Assembly (NCBI GenBank): GCA_963816455.1 | Contig: CAWFKM010000021.1 | Location: forward strand, 14,514-78,513 | Reading direction: 5' to 3' | From: an uncultured Actinomycetes bacterium | GTDB lineage: Bacteria > Actinomycetota > Thermoleophilia > Gaiellales > Gaiellaceae | Length of the DNA: 64,000 nt | Part shown: positions 46,941 through 55,589 of the stretch, piece by piece | Position numbering within the stretch: the stretch's first letter is position 1 | How the letters are laid out: each line of letters opens with the position of its first letter | Program-made: the position numbers and the translations under genes | The notes under the pieces: model-generated | Seen by the model: the letters and a program-made list of their open reading frames with translations, nothing else | Databases searched by the model: none | What the model was told of the DNA's origin: nothing

Positions 46941-48190
46941 AGTCGGGCGGAATCCAGGTCGAGCGCGCCGCGCGCCGCTTTCGCGTCTACCCGCGCGAGC
47001 AGCGGACGCTGAAGGACGTGCTCTTCACGCGCGGACGCGTGCCGGGCGTGGACGTGTGGGCGTTACGCGACGTCTCCTTCTCCGTCGAGCCGGGCGGAGC
47101 GGTCGGTCTCGTCGGCCGCAACGGCTCCGGGAAGACGACGCTGCTGCGGCTGCTCTCCGGAATCATCAAGCCGACGTCCGGCACGGTGGCGGTCGGCGGG
47201 CGCGTCGGCTCGCTGCTCGAGCTCGGCGCCGGCTTCCACCCGGACATGACGGGGCGCGAGAACGTCTACCTCAACGGCTCGATCCACGGCCTCCGCCGCG
47301 CGACGATCCGCGAGAAGCTGGACGAGATCGTCGCGTTCGCCGGGCTCGAGGACTTCATCGACCTGCCCGTGCGGACGTACTCGTCGGGGATGTACATGCG
47401 TCTCGGCTTCGCGGTCGCCGCGCACATCGAGGCCGACGTGCTGCTGCTCGACGAGGTGTTCGCCGTCGGCGACGAGGCGTTCCAGCGCAAGTGCTTCGGG
47501 AAGATCTTCGAGTTCAAGCAGCGCGGCGGCACGATCGTGTTCGTCTCGCACGACGCGTCCGCGGTCGAGCGGCTGTGCGACCGCGCGGTGCTCCTGAAGG
47601 ACGGTGCGGTTGCGTTCGACGGCCCGACGCACGAGGCGATCGTCCAGTACCGGCGGCTGCTCGCCGGCGAGCGCAACCCGGAGGAGCGCGCGGCGGGACT
47701 GAAGGAGTGGGGCGGCGACCTCGCGCGCGTCGACGGCGCGCGGCTGATCGGGCCCGAGGGCGTCGAGCGGACGCAGGGCCTGCTCGCCGGCGAGGGGTTC
47801 GGGATCGGGGTCGATGTCTCCGCCGACGGTCCGCTGCCGGCGCCGCGGCTCGTGTGGGAGCTGCGGGACGACGCAGGCATCCTCGTCGCCTCGGGCGAGA
47901 CGATCGACCGGCGAGCTCGGCTGGGACGACGCGACGCGCCGGCTCTCGCTTCGGTTCGACGCCGACCGGCCGCCGTTTTCGGACGGACGGCTGCATCTCC
48001 GCGTCGACCTCACCGACGCGCGCGGCGACACGCAGTACCACTCGATCGACGACGCGCTCGTCTTCGTCGTCTATCCCGCGGGCGACGAGCGCGGCCTCGT
48101 CCGCCTCGACGGCCGCTGGTCGCGCGACGAGGCGAAGGTGGAGACGACCGGCATGAGCTCGCGCACCTGCTCCCGACTGGCCGGAGCTGA
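46937..48190 (+). CDS. wzt: ABC transporter ATP-binding protein of the Wzt/TagH polysaccharide-export type, with a C-terminal extension; frame break near 47905 and possibly near 48150
   Basis: The GTG at 46937 overlaps the hemH stop (GTGA). Walker A GRNGSGKTTLL, signature YSSGMYMRLGFAVA, Walker B VLLLDEVFAVGDEAF. The C-terminal domain continues in the ORF 47814 frame (GELGWDDATRRLSLRFDADRPPFSDGRLHLRVDLTDARGDTQYHSIDDALVFVVYP). Confidence 0.8.
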   Translation: MKSGGIQVERAARRFRVYPREQRTLKDVLFTRGRVPGVDVWALRDVSFSVEPGGAVGLVGRNGSGKTTLLRLLSGIIKPTSGTVAVGGRVGSLLELGAGFHPDMTGRENVYLNGSIHGLRRATIREKLDEIVAFAGLEDFIDLPVRTYSSGMYMRLGFAVAAHIEADVLLLDEVFAVGDEAFQRKCFGKIFEFKQRGGTIVFVSHDASAVERLCDRAVLLKDGAVAFDGPTHEAIVQYRRLLAGERNPEERAAGLKEWGGDLARVDGARLIGPEGVERTQGLLAGEGFGIGVDVSADGPLPAPRLVWELRDDAGILVASGETIDRRARLGRRDAPALASVRRRPAAVFGRTAASPRRPHRRARRHAVPLDRRRARLRRLSRGRRARPRPPRRPLVARRGEGGDDRHELAHLLPTGRS

Positions 48191-48433
48191 TGGAGCTCGC
48201 GCCGGAGCTCCAGTTCAAGCACTACACGGTCGCCGAGGCGCAGTCTCCCGGCCGACGCGTTGATGCTGGTCAAGGACGTGCAGCTCTCCGACGTCGCGAT
48301 CTGCTGCGACCTCGACAAGAACGTCTTCTACGCGGCCCACACGGACGAGGGCGTCGCGGCGGCCCTGCTCGCGAGCCACTGGTACGAGATCCAGGGCTGG
48401 ATCGCCGCCGGCCGGCCCGGCGCAGACTTCTGA
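48190..48433 (+). CDS. Hypothetical small protein (about 80 aa); one frame break near 48240
   Basis: MELAPELQFKHYTVAEA (ORF 48190), then SLPADALMLVKDVQLSDVAICCDLDKNVFYAAHTDEGVAAALLASHWYEIQGWIAAGRPGADF to TGA 48431-48433. Confidence 0.4.
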
Positions 48434-48462
48434 GCCTGCCCGCACGCGGCTAGGCTCTCGCC

Positions 48463-49050
48463 ATGCCGACGGTCATCGTTCCTTTCGCCGGCGCGTCCGG
48501 GAAGACGCGTCTCGACGCGCCCGATCCGGTGCGGCGCGAGATCTCGCTGGCGATGCTCGGCGACGTGCTCGACGCGGCCGTGTCGTTCGGCTCGACCGTC
48601 GTCGTCTCGGCGGACGCCGCCGCCGAGGAGCTCGCGGCGGAGCTCGGCGCCGAGTCGTTCGCGGATCCCGGCGGCGGTCAGGGCGCCGCGGTGCTGGCCG
48701 CGCTCGCCGGGATCGCGGGGCCGGTGCTCGTGGTGAACGCGGATCTTCCCTGCGTCGAGGCGGCCGACCTCGAGCGGCTTGCCGCGGCGGGCGGGTTCGC
48801 GCTCGTCGAGGCGCGTGACGGGACGACGAACGCTCTCTCGATTCCGAGCGGCGACGCGTTCGCGCCGCTGTACGGCGCAGGCAGCGCGGCGCGCTTCCGG
48901 GCTCACGCCGCGGCGCTCGGTCTCGACGTCGTCGACCTCGCGATCGAGAACCTCGTGGACGACGTCGACACGCTCGACGATCTCCGACGTCTCGCCGCGC
49001 GTTGCGGCCCACGCACGCGCGCCTGCCAGCTCCAGGAGATCTCCGCGTGA
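48463..49050 (+). CDS. cofC: 2-phospho-L-lactate (or phosphoenolpyruvate) guanylyltransferase of F420 biosynthesis; intact
   Basis: MPTVIVPFAGASGKTRLDAP..REISLAMLGDVLDA..GGGQGAAVLAAL..PVLVVNADLPCVEAADL..ARDGTTNALS..FAPLYGAGSAARF. Confidence 0.8.
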   Translation: MPTVIVPFAGASGKTRLDAPDPVRREISLAMLGDVLDAAVSFGSTVVVSADAAAEELAAELGAESFADPGGGQGAAVLAALAGIAGPVLVVNADLPCVEAADLERLAAAGGFALVEARDGTTNALSIPSGDAFAPLYGAGSAARFRAHAAALGLDVVDLAIENLVDDVDTLDDLRRLAARCGPRTRACQLQEISA

Positions 49051-49971
49051 AGGTCGTCGTCCTCTCGGGCGGTGTCGGAGGCGCGCGCTTCGTGCTCGGC
49101 GTCGTCGACGCGATCGATCCGCGTGACGTCACGGTGATCGGCAACGTCGGCGACGACGTCGACGTGCTCGGGCTGCACGTCTCGCCGGATCTCGACTCGA
49201 TTCTCTACGCGCTCGCCGGTCTCAACGACGAGGAGCGCGGCTGGGGCCGCGCGGGCGAGACGTGGAACGCGCTCGAGAGCGTGCGTGCGCTCGGCGGCGA
49301 GTCGTGGTTCGCGCTCGGCGACCGCGACCTCGGCGTTCACCTCGTCCGCACCGCGGCGCTGCGCGCGGGGGAGCCGCTCTCGGCGGTGACCGCGCGGCTC
49401 GCGACGTCGCTCGGCGTCGCGACGACGCTGCTGCCGGCGACGGACGACGAGCTGCGGACGTGGATCGACACCGCCGCGGGCTCGTTCCCGTTCCAGGAGT
49501 GGTTCGTCGCCCGCGGCCACCGCGACGAGGTCGACGGCGTCCGTTTCGAAGGCGCCGGCGCGGCGGCTCCCGCCGCCGGGCGTGCTCGACGCGATCGAGG
49601 CGGCCGACGTGCTGCTCGTCGCGCCGAGCAACCCGTTCGTCTCGATCGAGCCGATCCTCGCGGTGGCGCCGATCCGCGACGCGCTCGCGCGCCGGCGCGT
49701 GCCGTGCGTCGCCGTCAGCCCGCTGATCGGCGGCCGCGCCGTCAAAGGTCCCGCCGACCGGATGCTGACGCGGCTCGCGGGCGGGACCTCGCCTCGTCAC
49801 GTCGCCGGCTGCTACGCGGGTCTGATCGACGCGATCGTCGTCGACGAGGCCGACGCCGACGACCTCGACGGGCTCGACGGCGTGCAGCCGATCGTCGCGC
49901 GGACGCTGATGGTCGACGCCGACGCGCGCCGGCGGCTCGCGGAGGCCGCGCTCGGCGGGGTGCCGGCGTGA
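49047..49971 (+). CDS. cofD: 2-phospho-L-lactate transferase (LPPG:FO transferase); one frame break near 49570
   Basis: GTGA overlap at 49047-49050. [79 protein letters not shown] (ORF 49002 frame). Then [48 protein letters not shown] (ORF 49582..49971). Confidence 0.9.
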
Positions 49972-50585
49972 AGGTCGCCGTCGTCGGCGGCACGGGCGAC
50001 TTCGGACTCGCGCTCGCGCAGCAGCTCGTCGCAGCGGGAGTGGACGTCGTGGTCGGCTCGCGCGACGCCGCACGCGCGCAGGAGAAGGCAAACGAGATCG
50101 GAGCGACCGGCGCGACGAACGAGGACGCCGTTCGCGGCGTCGATCTCGTCGTCCTCGCGACGAAGGCCGAGGCGACGCTCGCGACGGCCGAGTACCTCGC
50201 CGACGCGATCGGCACGACGCCGGTGCTGAGCGTCGCGAGCGAGCTGAACTTCACGAAGCAGGGCGTCTATCCGACGGAGGACGAGCGCTCGATCGCGGAG
50301 CGGCTCGCCGAGCTGCTCGACGCCCCTGTCGCCGCAGGTCTCCACTCGCTCGCCGCGTCGTCGCTCGCCGCCGGCCCCGCCGGGTGCGACGCGCTCGTCT
50401 GCGGCGACGATCTCGCGGCGAAGGAGCTCGCGCTCGACCTCGCCGCGAAGGTCGTCACCGGCCGCGCGCTGGACGCCGGGCCGCTCGCGAGCGCCCGCGC
50501 GCTCGAGGGCATGACGGCGGTGATCGTGAACCTCAACCGCCGCTACAAGGGTCACGCGGGCTTCAGCGTCACCGGCCTGCCGTGA
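49968..50585 (+). CDS. npdG: NADPH-dependent F420 reductase; intact
   Basis: GTGA overlap at 49968-49971. [114 protein letters not shown]. Confidence 0.75.
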   Translation: MKVAVVGGTGDFGLALAQQLVAAGVDVVVGSRDAARAQEKANEIGATGATNEDAVRGVDLVVLATKAEATLATAEYLADAIGTTPVLSVASELNFTKQGVYPTEDERSIAERLAELLDAPVAAGLHSLAASSLAAGPAGCDALVCGDDLAAKELALDLAAKVVTGRALDAGPLASARALEGMTAVIVNLNRRYKGHAGFSVTGLP

Positions 50586-51326
50586 GCGGCTTCAGCGCCA
50601 CTCCCGTCACCGGCATCCCGGAGCTCCGCGAGGGCGACGACCTCGCCGCGCTGATCGCGGAGCAGATCGAGCTCGAGGACGGCGACGTACTCGTCGTCGC
50701 GCAGAAGGCGATCTCGAAGATCGAAGGACGCGTCGTGCGTCTCGACGACTACGAGCCGTCGGACCAGGCGCGCGAGATCGCCGTCGCGGATCCCGAGAAC
50801 CAGACCGACCCGCGCCGGATCGAGGCGATCCTGCAGGAGGCGAAGCGGATCGTCCGCGTCCGCCCGCCGCTCGTGATCTGCGAGACGCGGCACGGCTTCA
50901 CGTGCGCCTCGGCCGGCGTCGACGCGTCGAACACGCCGGGAGAGGGAACGCTCGTGCTGCTGCCGCTCGACCCCGACGCGTCGGCCGCGCGCCTCCGCGA
51001 CGCGCTGCGCGACGCGCACCGGCCGCGACGTCGGCGTGATCGTCGCCGACTCCTTCGGCCGTCCCTGGCGCCGCGGCACGACCGACGTCGCGCTCGGCGC
51101 GGCCGGGATCGACGTCGTCCGCGAGTACATCGGCGAGCGCGATCCGACGGGCTACGAGCTCCACGCGACGGTGATCGCGATCGCGGACGAGATCGCCGGC
51201 GCGGCGCAGCTCGTGATGGGCAAGCTCGACCGCGTCCCGGTCGCCGTGATCCGCGGCCTCGACGTCGCCGGCAGCGGCAGCGCGCTGGAGCTCGTGATCC
51301 CGGAAGCGGAGGATCTGTTCCGGTGA
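50582..51326 (+). CDS. cofE: Coenzyme F420-0:L-glutamate ligase (stand-alone CofE domain); one frame break near 51020
   Basis: GTGA overlap at 50582-50585. ..VTGIPELREGDDLAALIAEQ..GDVLVVAQKAISKIEGRVVRL..ICETRHGFTCASAGVDASN..TLVLLPLDPDASAARLR (ORF 50384 frame). Then VGVIVADSFGRPWRRGTTDVALGAAGI..ELHATVIAIADEIAGAAQLVMGK (ORF 51036..51326). Confidence 0.85.
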
Positions 51327-51568
51327 CCGACCCGATCGCAGCCGCGAACGACGCGCTCCGCGACAAGGGCTACGCCGAACGCGACCTCGCCGTCCATCCC
51401 GGCCCGCGCGGCAAGGCGCTGCTGAAAGGGAACCGGATCATCAGCCCTCTGAGCGACGACGCGGCGGTCGTGCTGCGCGTCGTGAACGAGCTCGTCCCGC
51501 CCGAGGGCGAGCTCGGCGCCAAGATCCTGCGACCCGCGGAGCTTCGTGCCCGCCTCGAGCTGCCGTAG
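51323..51568 (+). CDS. Hypothetical small protein (81 aa), translationally coupled to cofE
   Basis: GTGA overlap at 51323-51326. VTDPIAAANDALRDKGYAERDLAVHPGPRGKALLKGNRIISPLSDDAAVVLRVVNELVPPEGELGAKILRPAELRARLELP (tail of ORF 50384..51568). Confidence 0.45.
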   Translation: MTDPIAAANDALRDKGYAERDLAVHPGPRGKALLKGNRIISPLSDDAAVVLRVVNELVPPEGELGAKILRPAELRARLELP

Positions 51569-51588
51569 ATACGCGGGATAATCGATCG

Positions 51589-53229
51589 ATGGAGTCGACA
51601 CGAGAGCGGACGAAGGCGCTCGTCGAGGCCGGCATCGCGCTCAGCTCCGAGCTGTCGCTCGACGCGCTGCTGCAGAAGCTCGTCGAGACGGCGGCCGACG
51701 CTCACGGATGCGCGGTACGCGGCGCTCGGCGTTCTCGACCCGAGCGGCAGCCGGCTCGAGCGGTTCATCACCACCGGCATCGACGACGCGACGCGGGCCG
51801 AGATCGGCGACCTCCCGTCGGGCCGCGGCATTCTCGGCGTGCTGATCCGCGAGGCCACGCCGCTGCGGCTTCACGACCTCGGCGAGGATCCGCGCTCGGT
51901 CGGCTTCCCGCCCGGCCACCCGCCGATGCGGTCGTTCCTCGGCGTGCCCGTCGCGCTCCGCGGCGTCCAGTACGGGAACCTCTATCTCACGGAGAAGGCC
52001 GACGGCGCGGACTTCGACGAGGACGACGAGGTCGCCGTCGCGCTGCTCGCGTCGCAGGCGGCCGTCGCGATCGAGAACGCGCGCCTGTACGAGTCGGCGA
52101 CGCGCTGGTCGGCGCAGCTCGAGTCGCTGAACGAGGTGATGAACGTCACTCGTCACGGAGTTCGACCTCGACCGCCTTCTCGCAGCTGATCGCGACCCGC
52201 CTGCGCGAGCTGCTCGGCGCGCGCCTCGTGACGATCGCGCTGCCGCACGGGTCGTCCGCTCGGATCGAGGTCGCAGCCGGCGACGAGTCGGACGCGTTCG
52301 TCGGCCTGACCCTGCCCAGCGCGCTCGAAGACGATGCGCGTTCTGCGAGCGGATGCGCAGCGAGCGGGTCGACTCGGTGCTCGACGATCCCGAGATCGAC
52401 CAGGAGTCGATGCGGCGGCTCGGCGCGCGCACGTCGCTCTACGTCCCGCTCGTCGTCCGCGGCAGCGCGATCGGCGTCATCGCGGCGCACGACAAGCAGG
52501 CCGCCGACCCGCGCTTCACCGAAGACGACCTGCGCATCGCCGAGATCTTCGCCGGGCCGCGCAGCGGTCGCGGTCGAGCTCTCCCAGCGCGTCGCGCGCG
52601 ACTCGATGCGGCGGGTCGTCGCCGCGCAGGAGCTCGAGCGCCGCCGGCTCGCCCGCGAGCTCCACGACGAGACCGGACAGGCGCTGACGTCGATCCTGCT
52701 CGGCCTACGCACGGTCGACGAGGCCGGCGACGAGACCCAGCTGCGCGCCGCGGTCGAGGTCGTCCGCGACCTCGTCCGCACGACGCTCGAGGACGTGCGC
52801 CGGCTCGCGGTCGAGCTGCGCCCGAGCGCGCTCGACGACTTCGGTCTCGTCCCCGCGCTCGAGCGGCTGACGCAGACCTTCGGCGAGCAGACCGGGATCG
52901 ACGTTCGCTTCGAGCAGCTCCTGCCGACCGCGGATCGTCTGCCGGCGGAGGTCGAGACCGCGCTCTACCGGATCGTGCAGGAGTCGCTCACGAACGTCGT
53001 CAAGCACGCGCGGGCCGGTCAACGTCCGAATCGTGCTCGCGCGAACCGACGACTCCGTCTCCCTGTTCATCGAAGATGACGGCGTGGGATTCGACCCGAA
53101 CAGTCCGAGCGAGAGCGGCATCGGCCTCGTCGGCATGCGGAGCGCGTCGCGCTGCTCGGCGGACGGCTGACAATCGAGTCGCGTCCCGGTGCGGGCACGA
53201 CGTTCGTTGCGGAGGTGCCGCTGCCGTGA
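51589..53229 (+). pseudogene. GAF-GAF sensor histidine kinase (HisKA_3 + HATPase_c; DevS/NarX class); at least 6 frame breaks as sequenced
   Basis: MESTRERTKALVEAGIALSSELSLDALLQKLVETAAD / RYAALGVLDPSGSRLERFITTGID..GRGILGVLIREATPLRLHDLGEDPRSVGFPPGHPPMRSFLGVPVALRGVQYGNLYLTEK (ORF 51839) / LIATRLRELLGARLVTIALP / RVDSVLDDPEIDQESMRRLGARTSLYVPLVVRGSAIGVIAAHDK (ORF 52353) / ELERRRLARELHDETGQALTSILLGL..LRPSALDDFGLVPALE..ALYRIVQESLTNVVKHA (ORF 51589 frame) / VRIVLARTDDSVSLFIEDDGVGFD / RVALLGGRLTIESRPGAGTTFVAEVPLP to TGA 53227-53229. Confidence 0.75.
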
Positions 53230-53876
53230 TCCGTGTCCTGATCGTCGACGACCACGCGCTCGTCCGCTCCGGCCTGCGCCTCCTGCTCGAGGCCGAGGAG
53301 GACGTCAGCGTCGAGGACGAGGCCGGCAACGCCGAAGATGCCGTCCGCAAGGCGCGCCTCCACAAGCCGGACGTCGTGCTCCTCGACGTCGTCATGCCGG
53401 GCGGGAGCGGGCTCGACGCGGCGCCGCTGATCCTGGAGGCCGCGCCGAAGTCGCGGATCCTCGTGCTCTCGATGCAGGACGACCCGAGCTACGTCCGTCA
53501 GGCGTTCAGCGCCGGCGCGAACGGCTACCTGCTGAAGGAGGCCGCGGACGCGGAGCTCGTCGCCGCCGTCCGCGAGGTCGCCGCCGGCGGAAGCTACGTC
53601 CATCCGACGCTCGGCGCGCGGCTCGCCGCCGCCGAGGCCGACGCGCAGGCGCGCGCCGCCGCCGACCCGCTCTCGGACCGCGAGCGCGAGGTGCTGCGGC
53701 TGCTCGCCCTCGGCCACACGAACCAGGAGATCGCGAAGATGCTCTACATCTCCGTCCGCACGGCCGAGACGCACCGCGCGCACATCATGCAGAAGCTTCG
53801 CCTCTCGACCCGCGCCGAGCTCGTCCGCTACGCGCTCGAGCACGGGCTGCTCGACGAGGCCGCCGAACCTTCGTAG
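53226..53876 (+). CDS. NarL/FixJ-family response regulator (REC + LuxR-type HTH; DevR/DosR-like); intact
   Basis: GTGA overlap at 53226-53229. VIRVLIVDDHALVRSGLRLLLEAE..PDVVLLDVVMPGGSGLDA..ILVLSMQDDPSYVRQAFSAGANGYLLKEAA..LSDREREVLRLLALGHTNQEIAKMLYISVRTAETHRAHIMQKL. Confidence 0.9.
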   Translation: MIRVLIVDDHALVRSGLRLLLEAEEDVSVEDEAGNAEDAVRKARLHKPDVVLLDVVMPGGSGLDAAPLILEAAPKSRILVLSMQDDPSYVRQAFSAGANGYLLKEAADAELVAAVREVAAGGSYVHPTLGARLAAAEADAQARAAADPLSDREREVLRLLALGHTNQEIAKMLYISVRTAETHRAHIMQKLRLSTRAELVRYALEHGLLDEAAEPS

Positions 53877-53957
53877 CAGCTAGCACCGTACTTTCCCGAA
53901 TCACGGCTCAGAACGGCCGCGGATTCCGCCGGGCGTCCGTGTCGCCAGCATTCGCAC

Positions 53958-54275
53958 ATGGATAGTCACGCGGTGCTCTGGAGCGGCCCGAGCGGCAAGG
54001 TCGTCGCCGGCAAGCTCGAGCTCGAGACGATTTGTCTCCGCTTCTCCGGCTCGAGTGGCGGGCACTCGACGGCGCACGACCACCGGATTCCGTACGAGGA
54101 CATCGAGTCCGTGCATGTCGGTCACGGCGCGGAGCGGCTCGGCGGCCGGCCGGCGCTCGTGCTGGAGCTCGCGTCCGGCGGCCCGGTGCGAATCGCGTCG
54201 CTCGGCGGCGTCGGGATGCTGATCGAGCTGGCCGAGCAGATCGGCGAGCTGAAAGCCGCCGGAGCGGTCGCATGA
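53958..54275 (+). CDS. Hypothetical small protein (105 aa)
   Basis: Intact ORF. MDSHAVLWSGPSGKVVAGKLELETICLRFSGSSGGHSTAHDHRIPYEDIESVHVGHGAERLGGRPALVLELASGGPVRIASLGGVGMLIELAEQIGELK. Its stop overlaps the next ATG (ATGA). Confidence 0.5.
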   Translation: MDSHAVLWSGPSGKVVAGKLELETICLRFSGSSGGHSTAHDHRIPYEDIESVHVGHGAERLGGRPALVLELASGGPVRIASLGGVGMLIELAEQIGELKAAGAVA

Positions 54276-54592
54276 GCAGAATCGCCGTCGTCGTCCCGAT
54301 CCGGCCCGGAGCGTACGAGGCGGCGCGCACGCTTGTCGAGAGCGGCCCGCCGTTCCGGCTCGAGGACACGCCGCTCGACGGCCATTGCGTCTACCTCACC
54401 GAGTACGAGGCGGTCTTCGTGTTCGAGGGGCCCGAGGCGCGCGCCGTCGTCGAGCAGCTCGTCGGCGAGTCGTCGCTGTGGCGCGCGGCGAACGAATGGC
54501 GCGCGTGCCTCGACGGCAAGCCGCGCGTCGCCGACACCGCGTTCGCGTGGCGGAAGGATGCCGCCGCGCCGTTTCACGTTCCGGGGCTCTAG
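54272..54592 (+). CDS. Hypothetical small protein (106 aa)
   Basis: ATG at 54272 in the ORF 54032..54592 frame. MSRIAVVVPIRPGAYEAARTLVESGPPFRLEDTPLDGHCVYLTEYEAVFVFEGPEARAVVEQLVGESSLWRAANEWRACLDGKPRVA. Confidence 0.5.
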   Translation: MSRIAVVVPIRPGAYEAARTLVESGPPFRLEDTPLDGHCVYLTEYEAVFVFEGPEARAVVEQLVGESSLWRAANEWRACLDGKPRVADTAFAWRKDAAAPFHVPGL

Positions 54593-54915
54593 CTAGCTCT
54601 CGCGCCCGAGCCGCGCTCGAACAGCACGAGCACGGCGAGGTGCTCGTACGCGACGAAGCGGTGGTCGGCACCGGCCTCGACGAAGACGGCGTCACCTAGC
54701 TTCACCGGCGTGTCGACGCCGTCGACCTGGAGGATGCCCTCGCCGTCGAGGACGACGTAGATCTCGTCGTCCTCGTGCGGCTGCTGCTTGTCGGCTTCCG
54801 GCGCGACGAGCACGTAGACGCCGAGCTCGACTCCGGGCGACTCGTGGACGATCTCGTAGCCGCCGCCGGCAGCCCGGAGCTTCTCGACGACCGCTGCGAC
54901 GCCGAACGCATGCAC
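54589..54915 (-). CDS. Cupin-domain protein; intact
   Basis: 108-aa ORF. ..GVELGVYVLVAPEADKQQPHEDDEIYVVLDGEGILQVDGVDTPVKLGDAVFVEAGADHRFV. This is the typical two-motif cupin pattern (H-x-D/E .. G .. H). Confidence 0.7.
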   Translation of the reverse strand: MHAFGVAAVVEKLRAAGGGYEIVHESPGVELGVYVLVAPEADKQQPHEDDEIYVVLDGEGILQVDGVDTPVKLGDAVFVEAGADHRFVAYEHLAVLVLFERGSGARAS

Positions 54916-54937
54916 GACGTGGACGCTATCGAACGCG

Positions 54938-55575
54938 CTAGACCTCGGTGGTCTCGTGCACCTCGATCGAGACGACGCCCGGGACGAGGGACACGCGCCG
55001 GATCAGCAGGTCGCGATCCTCATCCTTACGCGAAGTGCCCGGCGACCGAGACTTCGCCGCGCGTCACGGTCAGCTGGAAGTCCTCCGGGCGGAGCCAGAG
55101 CTCGTGCAGGAGTACCTCGTCGCGGATCTCGCGGATGATCTCGTCGTCGGTGTGGACGAATGCGCGGACGAGATCGGCGCGCGTGACGATCCCGACGAGC
55201 AGGCCCTGCTCGTCGACGACGGGAAGCCGGTTCACGCTGCGGTCGAGCATCAGCGACGCCGCCACGTCGACGCGCCGCGATCCCTTCACCGTCACCGCCG
55301 GCGAAGTCATCGCCTCCGCCGCAGTCGTCGCGGTCCGCTTCGCGTCGTCTCCGTCGTGCCGGTGGAGCCATCCGGTCGAGCTTCGTCGGCTTCGCGGACC
55401 GGCGCTCCTTCTGGAGGATGTCGGCCTCGCTGACGACGCCGAGCACCAGGCCGTCGCCGTCGACGACCGGCATTCCGGAGATCCCGCGTGCGGTGAGCAT
55501 CTCGGCGACCTCTTTCAGCGAGGTCTCCGGCGTGACCGTGAGCACCTTCGTTGTCATGACGTCTGCGATTCTCAT
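54938..55575 (-). CDS. CBS-pair + BON domain protein; frame breaks near 55372 and 55026
   Basis: The ATG at 55575 is preceded by AAGGAGAG. MRIADVMTTKVLTVTPETSLKEVAEMLTARGISGMPVVDGDGLVLGVVSEADILQKE.. (ORF 55003..55674 frame). AMTSPAVTVKGSRRVDVAASLMLDRSVNRLPVVDEQGLLVGIVTRADLVRAF..LTVTRGEVSVAGHFA (ORF 55026..55310). KDEDRDLLIRRVSLVPGVVSIEVHETTEV to TAG 54938-54940. Confidence 0.7.
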
Positions 55576-55589
55576 GGCTCTCCTTCGGT

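Noticed and set aside
53877-53957. DevR/DosR-type binding box upstream of the small ORF at 53958
   Set aside because: I could not find a convincing GGGAC-N-GTCCC-type palindrome in the 82-nt gap, so no call was made.
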